NCBI GenBank assembly: GCA_964013565.1
Contig: CAXGWU010000001.1
Span: forward strand, 203,788 to 267,787
Length of the DNA stretch: 64,000 nt
DNA from: an uncultured Oligoflexia bacterium
GTDB taxonomy: Bacteria; Bdellovibrionota; UBA1018; UBA6935
Direction: 5' to 3'
Part shown: one piece after another, positions 47,576 through 58,211 of the stretch
Layout of the letters: each line of letters opens with the position of its first letter
Position numbering within the stretch: position 1 is the stretch's first letter
The notes under the pieces: generated by a model
What the model saw: only the letters and a program-made list of their open reading frames with translations
Database searches by the model: none
Told to the model about the DNA's origin: nothing
Program-made: the position numbers and the translations under genes

Positions 47576-48070
47576 ATGAGAATTCTTTTTTTTGCTCTCA
47601 TTTTAATTAGTGCATGTGGCCCCCGACCGGCCCTTCCTCCAGCTCCTTTATTGGCGCCTGTAGAGACGCCTACCGGATCGCTCAATGCAATGAAAGAAGA
47701 AAAGGAAGAGCCCTCTGTTCGTAAGTCCTTTGAGTTTGGTAATTGTACTTTGATCTCCGGTACTCAAGTTTGGGAAGTATTAAAAAAAGAGACGAAGGGT
47801 GCTTTTACTCTTTTACAGGTAGGAACAAAGACCGTTTTTGGTTTACTGGGAATGGGAATGGAAAGTGCGGTTTTTGATTTTAAAATGAAAGATCCGAAGG
47901 TCTTTCATTGGAAAAAAGAAAATGATGAATGGAGACTCTGGATTTTGGAGTCAGAAGGACCAGTGCGTTGGGTTAATCCTGAAATGAGTTGGTCTGCTCG
48001 TGTTGATTATCTCTCTGACATTCAGGACGGTTTTGTAAAAACAACGGTTCGTTTAGTTTGTGATGAGTAG
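47576..48070 (+). CDS. Lipoprotein, hypothetical
   Basis: Lipobox LILISAC, then a Pro/Ala-rich linker. Confidence 0.45.
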   Translation: MRILFFALILISACGPRPALPPAPLLAPVETPTGSLNAMKEEKEEPSVRKSFEFGNCTLISGTQVWEVLKKETKGAFTLLQVGTKTVFGLLGMGMESAVFDFKMKDPKVFHWKKENDEWRLWILESEGPVRWVNPEMSWSARVDYLSDIQDGFVKTTVRLVCDE

Positions 48071-48202
48071 TTGATTTATTTTATCTGTTACAAAAGTTTG
48101 GACTTTTATAAGAGGAGAACGCTTTCATAATGAAGTAAAAATTGACTTTGTGCGTTATTTATTGCTAAGTGTGCATCATCCACCTGACAAAGGAGAGGTT
48201 CG

Positions 48203-49564
48203 ATGCTTATTAGACTTTTTTTGTCTTTTTTAATCTTTACGTCCGTTTCAGTGAGCAGAGCTGAGCCTGAGCAGAGTGAAAATATATTGGATCAGACGGT
48301 CGAAGAAGAGACTGCGGATCCTCAAGTGCTCGAACTTCAAGAGCTGAGAAAAAAAAATCAGGATTATCATGAACGAGAAAAACAACTTGAGGCTGAAGTT
48401 GATCGTTTGAACGAAGAAAAAGAAGAAGTACAAAGACAAGAACAAGCAGAGATTGAAAAGAGAAAAAAAAATAGTTCAGCAGATTCAACTTACGAAAAGA
48501 AAATCAAAAAAGAAAAAAGAAAGCTTAAGTATAATGAGTTTAAAGAGCGAGTGAGAAATCTAAACTCAGATATTTTTGAGCTTTCGTTTGGTGCGGCAGG
48601 AAGAGTTTTCGTAAATAAAAGAGAGAATCTGAAATCAGATGAGATTATTTCTTCAAAAGAAACACCAGCAGCAGGAGGAGCGTTTGTCCTTTTTGAAGTT
48701 GCGGATGAGAGTTTTTATGATGATGACGATGGTTTCTCTCGACAAAATCGTGAGTTTATTGAATCGAAAAATGAAATCACAGTGGAGTTTGGACCTCAGC
48801 AAGATGGATCACAGACGTCTTTAACTGTTGATGGACGTTTGCACGGAGGGCTTGAATTTTTTTCAAATAAAGAAAGTAAAGTGGGTTCTTTTATCGCTTT
48901 CGGTGGAGAGTATTTTCTAGGGGTCAATCACCCTGGAGCTCCGACACTACGTCGCTATGGGAAAGGAACTTGGTTTGCTGCAGAGATTGAACCTCAAGTA
49001 GAAGTGGGGTTAAGTTATAATCCTGACAGTTATTTTCATGAGGAACCTGAATACGCTCAAGGCGGTTATGGAACGAAAGGGGTTGTCCGGCTTTCAGCTT
49101 TGATGAATGGATCTTTTACCACTTATCGATTAGGAGGAGGTGGTGGTCTTCGTTTAAGAGCGTTGTACAAAAAGGTGTCTCTTTCTTTTCAAGGAATTTA
49201 TCAGATCAGTCGATCAGGCGATTCTCGTCGTTTGCCAAGTGAAAAGTTGAGAAACCAATTGGAGGATTCAGACTACTTTACTTCAGAAAGTTACAATAAA
49301 GATTCTCGATGGGATAAGCCAACTTATGATGAAGAAGGTGAAATTACATTTTATTCTACTCGTTTTACTCCCGTTCGTTTTCAGGAGCTAGAGCTTCAGG
49401 CCGATGCAAATATTTATTTGATTCCTCGATTTTTTATAGGATCTAAAGTGCTTTATCGACAATTGTTTAATGAAAAAGGAAATGATGTTTCTTTGGAAAG
49501 CTTGGATTTTCCGAGGCGTGTTTTTGGAGTGTTTTTTAAAGTAGGAGTGCATTTTGGCGAATAA
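48203..49564 (+). CDS. Secreted protein with N-terminal acidic coiled-coil and C-terminal beta-rich (OMP-like) domain
   Basis: It has a signal peptide. The coiled-coil region is rich in E and K. The C-terminal half has alternating hydrophobic beta-strand-like segments and Gly-rich turns. Confidence 0.4.
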   Translation: MLIRLFLSFLIFTSVSVSRAEPEQSENILDQTVEEETADPQVLELQELRKKNQDYHEREKQLEAEVDRLNEEKEEVQRQEQAEIEKRKKNSSADSTYEKKIKKEKRKLKYNEFKERVRNLNSDIFELSFGAAGRVFVNKRENLKSDEIISSKETPAAGGAFVLFEVADESFYDDDDGFSRQNREFIESKNEITVEFGPQQDGSQTSLTVDGRLHGGLEFFSNKESKVGSFIAFGGEYFLGVNHPGAPTLRRYGKGTWFAAEIEPQVEVGLSYNPDSYFHEEPEYAQGGYGTKGVVRLSALMNGSFTTYRLGGGGGLRLRALYKKVSLSFQGIYQISRSGDSRRLPSEKLRNQLEDSDYFTSESYNKDSRWDKPTYDEEGEITFYSTRFTPVRFQELELQADANIYLIPRFFIGSKVLYRQLFNEKGNDVSLESLDFPRRVFGVFFKVGVHFGE

Positions 49565-51068
49565 AAAACTAGGGTTATTAGGATTGGCTTTCATTTTACT
49601 TTCTTGTGAAGGAATTGATTTGTCTGAAAGGATCTATACCGGAGAGGTGAAATATCGGTTTTGTTTTTTGATGGATAAACAAAATGGAAAACGAGCTAAT
49701 GATCTCGATTTTGAGGTGAATCTTGTTTTATTTGAAAAACAAAATCCACAAAAATTTTATTCGTTTGAATACTCTGGAAGTACGGATGAAGATGGGACGG
49801 CTTGTTTTTCTATAGAAAATGATGAAATTACCAACCAGATTGATATTGAATCTTCTTCTTTAGAAATATGGGAAGCTAGAGCAGAGCTTGTTGTTGATGG
49901 AATTGTTGATGTTCGAGATCATATTCCGCTTCGTATTGATAATGACGTCACTCCTGTTTATCATGATGATGAATTTCTTTTCTTTGAAGGGACTTATCGA
50001 ATTTGGTTTGATTTTGAAAGACAACGAGAGCCTCGAACAAAAATCTGCTCTATTCTCAGAGAACCTGTGGATTACAATGGAAATGAAATCACTGAATCTG
50101 ATTATGAGAATCAGCCATTTTATTATGAATCAGAATATACTTTAAATATTCGTGCGTCTCGAAATGATGAGGTACTGATTGATACTTTTGCTCCAGGAGT
50201 CCCTGGCTTTTCAGGGGTAACGGACGAGAACGGATATGATTGTGTTACTTTAGATCAAAATAATCTTTTGGAGTTTGATTCTGATGGTAAGCCTCATCTT
50301 AAACATACTGATATAGATTTGGAAGTCAGTTCGACTCACTTTATTTATAATCAGGTGATGGGTGAGATTCGAGTAGAAGACCAAACCAGTATGGGCTGTT
50401 GTGATATCGACGGAAATTTTACGCTAGAGGGTGATTATTATATTTATGTTTCGTTTCTTCCACTGGGAAAAACGAAAGAACAATATTGTGAAGAAAATCA
50501 GTCCTCTCTAGGTCCGGAGTTTCTTTTTCAAAAGGGATGTTTGACTGAAGAAGAGTACTGTAATGCTTTAATTGAAGTGGGCGATTTTAGAAATGCAGTT
50601 GATCAGTCCTGCATTCCTGAGCCAATGCTTGGAGGTTATGAGTTTTGTACTGTGATTCAAGGATCGTTCAGTTTATTTGATCAAGCACCCTCTTTAGAAA
50701 GTCGGGTGACTGATCTGTTTAATAATACTTCGTTGGTTTATAATCAGACTGCGGTTTCACAAGATGAACAGGTTCATTGTAATGAAGTCACTCCAGAATC
50801 TCCTTTTTTACTTAAACATAATGCATATTTAGATCTTTTAGAGAACTTAGAGAATGTCAGTATTGATATCATGACTCTTGAAGGACTGATCTTGGGAGAG
50901 CCACAGATTTGGCAAGCTCACTTATTTCGAGTCTTAGGCTCGTTATCCCTAGATGAAAAAACAGGAACTTATGTGAAACGGTTTCGATTGGAGGCTCATT
51001 TTGATTTGAGTCAACCCGTTGATCCAAAGGCTTCTGTTCAGATTGATTTACAAGATGATCCTTTATAA
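49554..51068 (+). CDS. Acidic Cys-rich lipoprotein, hypothetical
   Basis: Lipobox LAFILLSCEG. It overlaps the upstream gene end by 11 nt. Confidence 0.4.
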   Translation: MANKKLGLLGLAFILLSCEGIDLSERIYTGEVKYRFCFLMDKQNGKRANDLDFEVNLVLFEKQNPQKFYSFEYSGSTDEDGTACFSIENDEITNQIDIESSSLEIWEARAELVVDGIVDVRDHIPLRIDNDVTPVYHDDEFLFFEGTYRIWFDFERQREPRTKICSILREPVDYNGNEITESDYENQPFYYESEYTLNIRASRNDEVLIDTFAPGVPGFSGVTDENGYDCVTLDQNNLLEFDSDGKPHLKHTDIDLEVSSTHFIYNQVMGEIRVEDQTSMGCCDIDGNFTLEGDYYIYVSFLPLGKTKEQYCEENQSSLGPEFLFQKGCLTEEEYCNALIEVGDFRNAVDQSCIPEPMLGGYEFCTVIQGSFSLFDQAPSLESRVTDLFNNTSLVYNQTAVSQDEQVHCNEVTPESPFLLKHNAYLDLLENLENVSIDIMTLEGLILGEPQIWQAHLFRVLGSLSLDEKTGTYVKRFRLEAHFDLSQPVDPKASVQIDLQDDPL

Positions 51069-51172
51069 AAAATAGATATTTTTATTATTATCAATAAAAA
51101 CAATGAGTTGAAAACGTTGACTTTAATGGTTATGTATTGTGAAGCAGGAAGGTCCATGGTACATAACCTGTC

Positions 51173-52390
51173 ATGATTTATTTTCAAGATCTCACCAGAG
51201 AAGCACTTGCTGATCTTCTTTATCCTTTGTGTGAAGGAAAGGGGAGAGGGCTTTCTTCTGAGGAACGAGAAAAAAAGAAAAGAGCCCAGTCTCGATATCG
51301 AGCTAAACAACTTTTTCAATGGGTTTATCAAAAAGGAGTCACCTCTTGGGAGGAGATGACCGATGTTTCTCAAAAAACTCGACTCTGGCTTTCTGAAAAT
51401 GTAGAAATTTATTTTCCGAAAGAAAAAGTTCATCAAATTTCTACAGATGGAACAATGAAGTTTTTGTGGACTTTAAAAGATGAAAAAACAATTGAAAGTG
51501 TCATTCTTCCTCATGCTTTAAAAGAGAAAGGGAATGATGCTTTTGTGGAAGTCAATTCTGATCAATGTCATGCTCATGAAACAGATGTAGAAATAGATTC
51601 CAATCAGTGGTCTAGACTAACTGCATGTATTTCGTCTCAAGTGGGATGTGCAATGGGATGTAAGTTTTGCCTTACTGGAATTCAGGGATTGGATCGACAT
51701 TTAAAAACTCATGAAATTGTCGGTCAAATCCATGCCCTTCGAAAAATTGCTCCCATTACTAATATTGTTTTTATGGGAATGGGAGAGCCACTTCATAACG
51801 TTGATGCAGTGATTGATGCTTGTAAAATTCTTCTCGACTCGACTGGACTTCATTTCTCTAAAAGAAAAATTACGGTAAGTACAAGCGGTCTTGTTCCTGC
51901 TATCGAAAGATTGATTGGAGAAACAGATGTTTCATTAGCGGTTTCCTTAAATGCAACCACTGATGAAATTAGAAATCAAATTATGCCCGTCAATAAAAGA
52001 TGGCCACTAAAAGATTTAATGAGATGTATTCGATCACTTCCTTTGCATCGGCATCGAAAAGTGACTTTTGAGTATGTTCTATTGAAAGAGATTAACGATT
52101 CAGAAGAAGACATTGATCGATTGATTCAATTAGTAAAAGGAATCCCTGCGCTAGTTAATTTAATTCCTTTTAATGCACATTCTGGATCAGACTTTAGTCG
52201 ACCCAATGACGAGAAAGTGAGGCGTTTTCAAAAACGATTGATGGATGAAGGAGTGACTGCAACAGTCAGAATATCACGAGGGAGAGATATTCTTGCTGCA
52301 TGCGGTCAACTTAGGAGTCTTTTTGGGACAGCAAGAGGTACAGATCGTCATCGAGATTTCTCTGTAGTAACCCCTGGTACTTCCTTGTAA
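51173..52390 (+). CDS. rlmN: 23S rRNA m2A2503 / tRNA m2A37 methyltransferase (radical SAM)
   Basis: Radical SAM CxxxCxxC (GCAMGCKFCLTG) and RlmN-like flanks. Confidence 0.8.
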   Translation: MIYFQDLTREALADLLYPLCEGKGRGLSSEEREKKKRAQSRYRAKQLFQWVYQKGVTSWEEMTDVSQKTRLWLSENVEIYFPKEKVHQISTDGTMKFLWTLKDEKTIESVILPHALKEKGNDAFVEVNSDQCHAHETDVEIDSNQWSRLTACISSQVGCAMGCKFCLTGIQGLDRHLKTHEIVGQIHALRKIAPITNIVFMGMGEPLHNVDAVIDACKILLDSTGLHFSKRKITVSTSGLVPAIERLIGETDVSLAVSLNATTDEIRNQIMPVNKRWPLKDLMRCIRSLPLHRHRKVTFEYVLLKEINDSEEDIDRLIQLVKGIPALVNLIPFNAHSGSDFSRPNDEKVRRFQKRLMDEGVTATVRISRGRDILAACGQLRSLFGTARGTDRHRDFSVVTPGTSL

Positions 52391-52450
52391 AACAAACTTT
52401 TGATTTGTTCATTTGACGAGTTTTGAGAACAACGGTAATTTAGGAATCTG

Positions 52451-53377
52451 ATGAGTGTTGATAAAGTAAGGAGCCGCTTTCGTGTTTTTACTCCTTTGCT
52501 GGGAAGTGTTCTTTTTCTCAGTTCCTGTGGTCCTCATCCCTTAAATAAGAACGACCGTTCGCTTTCTGTGCCAGAAATTCACCGAGCTAAACATACGGAT
52601 TTAGAGCCCACTCATTGGGACTTTCAGCATTGGTGTGAAGCTGCGGAGAGTTTGGAACCAGACTTACAAAAAACCATTGAAGTTGTGCTTGAGCACTTTG
52701 TTCCTGTTGGAAAATCCTGTGCAGGGGCGCGTAAAACTTTGGCGTTGAGATCAAAAATGATTTTAGATCGAAGACGACTCGTTTTACTTGATCCGCTTTC
52801 AAGTTTTTCTCAGCTTAAGGTTCTTTCTCTTCGAATGAATCTTGCAATTGAATCTGTTGAGCCTTTGGGGAATTTAACCTCATTAGAATTTTTAAATATT
52901 GGAAAAAATAGAATTCGTTCTCTATCTGCTCTTAAAAATTTATCTAGGCTTCAAGACTTAAGAGCGGATAGGAATTTAATTCGTTCGTTAGATGGAATTA
53001 CTGAGTTAAAGCAATTAAAAAAATTAAACCTTTCTTATAATCCCTTGTCTGATTTAAGTGGTCTTCAAAACCTTGATCAATTAGAATGGTTGAGTCTTGC
53101 TGGAAATGAAATTCAGGATCTTAGTTTTTTGTCTTCATTGAATCAATTAAAGTACCTTTCTTTAAGAGATAATCGAATTCAATCTTTATCTTCGCTTTCT
53201 CATTTATCTTCTTTAGAGTATTTAGATTTAAGTCGAAATAAAATTAGTTCACTTGAAGGTCTTTACCCTTTAACTCAATTGAAAGAGCTTTATCTTGGTG
53301 AAAATAAGCAAATCAAGTGGAGAGCTCTTCGTCAGCTGAGAAGAAATCTACCAAAAACAACTATTTATTATCGTTAA
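52451..53377 (+). CDS. Leucine-rich repeat lipoprotein
   Basis: Lipobox VLFLSSCGP. It carries about 10 tandem 22-residue LxxLxxLxLxxNxIxxLxxL repeats. Confidence 0.7.
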   Translation: MSVDKVRSRFRVFTPLLGSVLFLSSCGPHPLNKNDRSLSVPEIHRAKHTDLEPTHWDFQHWCEAAESLEPDLQKTIEVVLEHFVPVGKSCAGARKTLALRSKMILDRRRLVLLDPLSSFSQLKVLSLRMNLAIESVEPLGNLTSLEFLNIGKNRIRSLSALKNLSRLQDLRADRNLIRSLDGITELKQLKKLNLSYNPLSDLSGLQNLDQLEWLSLAGNEIQDLSFLSSLNQLKYLSLRDNRIQSLSSLSHLSSLEYLDLSRNKISSLEGLYPLTQLKELYLGENKQIKWRALRQLRRNLPKTTIYYR

Positions 53378-55539
53378 ATTGATTGTGATTGTGACTCAGG
53401 AGGTTTTTGGATGTTTACTCTGAGTCCTGGACGTTCTTCAAATTCTTTTCTTTGAGATTGAAGATAAAGAGGTGACTTTTTTATTTTCCCATCAGAGCTT
53501 CCAATAACGATAGAGTAAAGAGGAGCACTGAGGTGATTTTTACTCTTTTTTGGATGGGGCTGTATTTTTTTATTTTTCTCTTTTGATTTTTCTGAAATTG
53601 GATTTTCAAAATAGACGGGTGATTCAGAAAATATACCTTGAGCATTCACTGTATATGAAGTCATTTTTTGATAGCGAGATTTTATTTCTTTAGTAGAAGA
53701 TTTTTGAGAGTCTTCTCCACCAACACTTTTTACTTTATCACTTTTTTCTGCTTCGTAAACACTATAAGGAGTTTCGATAAGAACTTCTTTTCCATCTTCA
53801 TAATAGCCATGTACTTTGTAAACAGTAAGAGGTTCTGTTTTTCCTTTTACCATTGCTTCGTGTGCTTTTTCGACTACAAAGAGATCTTCTACTTTATTGA
53901 GTACGTCTTTACTAATGAGCAGATCGGTTCCAAAAGCTTTTGTTAGAGCTTCGATTCGTGATGCCGTATTCACAGCATCTCCAATCACCGTAAATTCCAT
54001 ACGTTCGTCAGATCCGATGTTTCCAGAAATCATAGGCCCAAAGTTAAGGCCCATTCCTATTTTTAATATAGGAAGGCCTTCTTCGATAAATTCATTATTT
54101 AATTCATCTAATGCGATTCTCATTTTTAAACAGGCACGTACTGCATTTTCAACGTCATTACTTTTTTGATCAACCGCACCCCAAACGGCCATAATTGCAT
54201 CTCCAATAAATTTATCTACCATGCCACCATGTTCGAGAATCACAGAAACCATTTTTGTCATATAGCGATTGAGGACTCGAACGAGGTGCTCCGGTTCCAT
54301 TGTTTCACTCATTGCAGTAAAGCCTCTGACATCAGAAAAGAAAACCGTTGCTTGTTTACGTTCTCCTCCAAGTTTTAATTCACCTGAAAGGACTTTTTCT
54401 GTCATTTCTTTACTATGAAACTTATCAAAAGCGGTTTTCATTTTTTCTCGTTCTGCTAATCCTTGGGTCATGCCATTAAATGCAGTGACGAGATCTCCCA
54501 TTTCATCTCGAGTCGTCTTTTTGATTTTAATATCATATTCTCCTGAAGCCACTTTTTCTGTAGCATCAACCAGACTTAAAAGAGGTTTTGTCAGTGAAAG
54601 ACTAAAGAAGAACACTACAAGAAAGGCTACAATTGCAACCATTCCAGTAATAATCGTAGAGGTTTTTGAAACTTTTCTTGCAGGAGCTAGTGCTTTATCT
54701 TCTTCTACTTGAGAAATAATTCCTAAATTAGCAAAACCAACCGTTTTAAAAGCTCCAAGATAAGCAATCTTTGATTCAGGATCTATAAACCTGGTTTGAC
54801 CATTGTTTGTCAATCCTTTCATCAGTGTTTTTACAATCGAAAGATGAGAAACGTTATCTTTTTGAATGACTCTTTTTTGATTAGGGTGAGCAATAAGGTA
54901 TCCCTTTGAGTCAACAAGATACGAAGTAATAATTCCTTCGCTTTTTACACTTCTTAAAAGTCGATCTAACTGAATAATTGCCACTACCGCATGAGTCACT
55001 TTTCCAAGATCATTAGTAATAAGTGGAACAGAAATTGAGATAACCGGAATTTGCCCTTTAAGCTGACTAATAAAAATTTGTTCTTTTGGGTATAGATATG
55101 AAGATTCAGGGTTTTCTTGATAAATGGCTCGAATATCATCTTCATTAAATTGCAATGATTGAACAAGGGATGGATTAAAAGATTTTCCAACAGTGATTAT
55201 CTTTTCTCCTGTTTTGTGAATCACAAGTTCAGCAAGAAGATCTTTTTCTCCTTCGAAAAAAGGTTTTTGCAAAGCTTCAATTTGTTCTGCTGAAATTTTT
55301 TGAAGGGAAGTAATTCCTATCAATCTCATTTTTTCTGTTAAATTCAAAAGAGTAGTCCTGACTTCTGAAGCTAGAAGTCGTGCAGATTCTAGGTTTGCTT
55401 CTTGTACTCTGGCTTTATTGTCTTTTGAGAAAAGGTCGGTTGCAAATAATACAATAGACCCTGCTGCAACAATAAGAATCGCAGTAATCATTCCAATGAG
55501 TTTAAGACGTATTGATATTCGTACTTTCATAAGTGCCAC
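53374..55539 (-). CDS. Membrane-anchored class III adenylate/guanylate cyclase with periplasmic sensor and HAMP domain
   Basis: It has two TM segments flanking a periplasmic region of about 270 aa and a HAMP segment. The cyclase core is FFSDVRGFTAMSE...FIGDAIMAVWG. Confidence 0.75.
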   Translation of the reverse strand: MALMKVRISIRLKLIGMITAILIVAAGSIVLFATDLFSKDNKARVQEANLESARLLASEVRTTLLNLTEKMRLIGITSLQKISAEQIEALQKPFFEGEKDLLAELVIHKTGEKIITVGKSFNPSLVQSLQFNEDDIRAIYQENPESSYLYPKEQIFISQLKGQIPVISISVPLITNDLGKVTHAVVAIIQLDRLLRSVKSEGIITSYLVDSKGYLIAHPNQKRVIQKDNVSHLSIVKTLMKGLTNNGQTRFIDPESKIAYLGAFKTVGFANLGIISQVEEDKALAPARKVSKTSTIITGMVAIVAFLVVFFFSLSLTKPLLSLVDATEKVASGEYDIKIKKTTRDEMGDLVTAFNGMTQGLAEREKMKTAFDKFHSKEMTEKVLSGELKLGGERKQATVFFSDVRGFTAMSETMEPEHLVRVLNRYMTKMVSVILEHGGMVDKFIGDAIMAVWGAVDQKSNDVENAVRACLKMRIALDELNNEFIEEGLPILKIGMGLNFGPMISGNIGSDERMEFTVIGDAVNTASRIEALTKAFGTDLLISKDVLNKVEDLFVVEKAHEAMVKGKTEPLTVYKVHGYYEDGKEVLIETPYSVYEAEKSDKVKSVGGEDSQKSSTKEIKSRYQKMTSYTVNAQGIFSESPVYFENPISEKSKEKNKKIQPHPKKSKNHLSAPLYSIVIGSSDGKIKKSPLYLQSQRKEFEERPGLRVNIQKPPESQSQSI

Positions 55540-55673
55540 ATCACTCTTCGGATGTTTTTTCCAGAGTCTTCAGTGAAATTAATGAATCCTTTATTTTTGA
55601 TTTAAAATTCCGATCCGTTCGTTGGAGGAAAGTATTGAAAAATAGATCTTTTTTGTACTGTATTGAAAAATAG

Positions 55674-58211
55674 ATGAAATTAAAGAGAAATCAAATCACT
55701 CACATTCAATCGGCATTTGTCATTTTTTTGGCACTGGTTTTATTGAGTTACCTTGGTCTTCTTTTACAAAAAGAACTTTCTCCTCGGTCTGTCCGGGGAG
55801 GAGCGTCAGTAAAAGTGGCTCGTTTAGAAGAAACTCTAAATACCGTTCAACGAAAGTTTGATAAAGAAGTTTTATGGGAAGTGATTCAAAATTCTGAAGA
55901 TTTATATAAAAGGGATGCAATTCGAACAGCTGAAAATAGTGAAGCGAGAATTACGTTTACAGATGGATCCGTTATTGAACTTTCAGAAAATTCTTTAGTT
56001 GTTCTTGATCGAAGTGAAGATCAGATTGAACTAGAATTTTTGCAAGGAAATGTTTTTGCAAAAGGTGGTGGAAAGCAAGGTAAAGTTGCAATTAAAACAG
56101 CTCAAGGTAGGATTAAACTTGATCAAGGTTCTGAAGGACAATTAAGCTTATCAAAAGAAAAATCGAGTTTAGAGGTCACTGTAGAAAAAGGATCTGTTGA
56201 TTTAGAAACAGAAAACGGAAAAACTTCAATCAATGAACACGAAAAAGGAAGTTTAAGTACTGATGGGGTTAAGAAAGAAAAGTTACTGATTTGGCCTGAA
56301 ACGCCAGTTGCAAATGCTCGATTTATATCAAATAAAAAAATAGTTTCGATCCCTTTTGAATGGAATCATGAAAGCTACAAAGGAAATGTTTTTGTTCAAA
56401 TTTCAAAGAATGAAAAATTTTCAATTATCTATAAAGAAATTCAGGTAAGAAATCATCAGTTAAAGAAAATAAAATATGCGCTTCCTCAAGGGGAATTTTT
56501 TTGGCGTTTAATTTTAAAAGAAAACAAAAATATTTCCTTTGAAAGTCCTTCTAGAAAGTTAACAATTTATAAACATATTCCTGTCCAAATTTTTGAAGAG
56601 AGTCAAGGAAAGGAAATTACATTCGTTGAAAAGAAACCGACATTTAAACCATTGTGGGCGAGTGATTCTGAACAAAAAGGTGGAATTGATCAAATTGAGT
56701 TTTCTACAGATTCTGGATTTAAAAATAAAATAGAGCCTCTTTTTGTAAAAAAAATAAGTCAAAGTGTAAGTGGTCGAATCAGTTATGAAGCTCAGTTTTC
56801 GGATCTTGATTCAAAAATGTACTCTTGGAGAATTAGAACTACTTATTCAGACGTTGGAGCGAAAGGAACTAAAAAAGTATCTTTTGTTACCCCGATTCAA
56901 AAAATGCAAGTTCTTCATTTTGATCAATTTAAAACGCCGGTACTAAAAGAACCAGAAGATCAATCAAGTCTTCAGTTTTCATCTGAAAATCCGACTGTTC
57001 GTTTTAGATGGGAAGGAGTAGAAGAAGCGTCAGGGTATTTAATCGAAGTTGCGACAGATAAAAAATTTGAGGATGTAGTTTATAAAAAATGGGTCACTGG
57101 ATTTGATGAACATTGGGAAGTCGAAAAAAATGGAAATTATTTTTGGAGAGTTCGGTCAACACGTTCTAAAAAGCCATCAGAATCTGATTCTCTCCCTTCT
57201 CGTATTCGATCGTTTTTTTATACAAAAAAAGGTGGAATTCAACTGATCTCACCAGAAGATCAAAAGGTAATCGTTTTTAAATCTGAGAAGCCGTTGATTA
57301 AATTTCAGTGGGAACCGGTTCATGGTGCAAAATTTTATCAGTTTCAAGTAGCTGCAGACTCCCAATTTAATCAGGTGATTTACCGAAAAGTAATTCAAAA
57401 AAATGAACTTGAAACATTAAAGATGCCACTAGGAGTACGATATTGGAGAGTCAGAGCACTTGATAAAAATAAAAAACCTCTCCTTGTGAGTTCTTATCGA
57501 TCTTTAGACCTTCATCAGCCCCCACTTCTAGCAGAGGTTGAAAAAATTGAACCCGAATCAGCTCGTACTTATTTAGCAGAAAAAGTAAAATCAATTCAAT
57601 TTAAGTGGAAAGAAGTAAAGGGAGCAAAATCATATCAGTGGACGTTGTATCAGGTGGATCCTTCAGGCGCACAGAAGAAAATTGATCAGAAAATTATTGA
57701 AGGTTTAAGCGTTTCACTTACACCGACTCCTATGACTTATGAATGGAACGTACGCGCCATTGATGAAGTTGGAAGATTGGGAAATGAAGGAAAACCTCGA
57801 TCATTTACTCTAAAGTATGGAGATCGTTTAGCTGGACCAGAAATTATAGAGCCAGTGTTAAATGCAAAGATACAAGAAGAAAACCCTTATCAGATTGATC
57901 TTGAATGGAAAGAAGTAGAAGGTGCACAAGGTTATCTTGTGAAAGTCTATTTAGGTTCTCCAGAAAAAGGAAAGGTTTTTAAAAAATTTAAAACAAAAGA
58001 AAACTCTGTATCCTTATCTAAAAATATTCCTTCAGGTCAGTATACTTGGAAAGTAAGTGCTTTTGGTATTGCAAAAGGTTCAAAAAAACAAAAACCAAGA
58101 TGGGGAGAGTTTTCTGAATCTTCATTTTTAGTTCGATGGATTGGAGTCTTAAGAGCTCCTGCTTCTTTAAAGGTTAAAGTGGAGTCAGATCAAAGTGAGG
58201 GTAAAAAATGA
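55674..58211 (+). CDS. FecR-domain protein with about six tandem FN3-like beta-sandwich repeats (LipL45-like architecture)
   Basis: It has an N-terminal anchor/signal. The FecR-like segment is ARITFTDGSVIELSENSLVVLD...IKTAQGRIKLDQGSE. The repeats of about 70-90 aa share the pattern FxWxxVxGAxxYxxxV...YxWRVRA. Confidence 0.6.
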   Translation: MKLKRNQITHIQSAFVIFLALVLLSYLGLLLQKELSPRSVRGGASVKVARLEETLNTVQRKFDKEVLWEVIQNSEDLYKRDAIRTAENSEARITFTDGSVIELSENSLVVLDRSEDQIELEFLQGNVFAKGGGKQGKVAIKTAQGRIKLDQGSEGQLSLSKEKSSLEVTVEKGSVDLETENGKTSINEHEKGSLSTDGVKKEKLLIWPETPVANARFISNKKIVSIPFEWNHESYKGNVFVQISKNEKFSIIYKEIQVRNHQLKKIKYALPQGEFFWRLILKENKNISFESPSRKLTIYKHIPVQIFEESQGKEITFVEKKPTFKPLWASDSEQKGGIDQIEFSTDSGFKNKIEPLFVKKISQSVSGRISYEAQFSDLDSKMYSWRIRTTYSDVGAKGTKKVSFVTPIQKMQVLHFDQFKTPVLKEPEDQSSLQFSSENPTVRFRWEGVEEASGYLIEVATDKKFEDVVYKKWVTGFDEHWEVEKNGNYFWRVRSTRSKKPSESDSLPSRIRSFFYTKKGGIQLISPEDQKVIVFKSEKPLIKFQWEPVHGAKFYQFQVAADSQFNQVIYRKVIQKNELETLKMPLGVRYWRVRALDKNKKPLLVSSYRSLDLHQPPLLAEVEKIEPESARTYLAEKVKSIQFKWKEVKGAKSYQWTLYQVDPSGAQKKIDQKIIEGLSVSLTPTPMTYEWNVRAIDEVGRLGNEGKPRSFTLKYGDRLAGPEIIEPVLNAKIQEENPYQIDLEWKEVEGAQGYLVKVYLGSPEKGKVFKKFKTKENSVSLSKNIPSGQYTWKVSAFGIAKGSKKQKPRWGEFSESSFLVRWIGVLRAPASLKVKVESDQSEGKK

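Noticed and set aside
53668-54712. Chain of small plus-strand ORFs antisense to the adenylate cyclase gene
   Set aside because: They are antisense shadow ORFs within a long, motif-supported minus-strand CDS.
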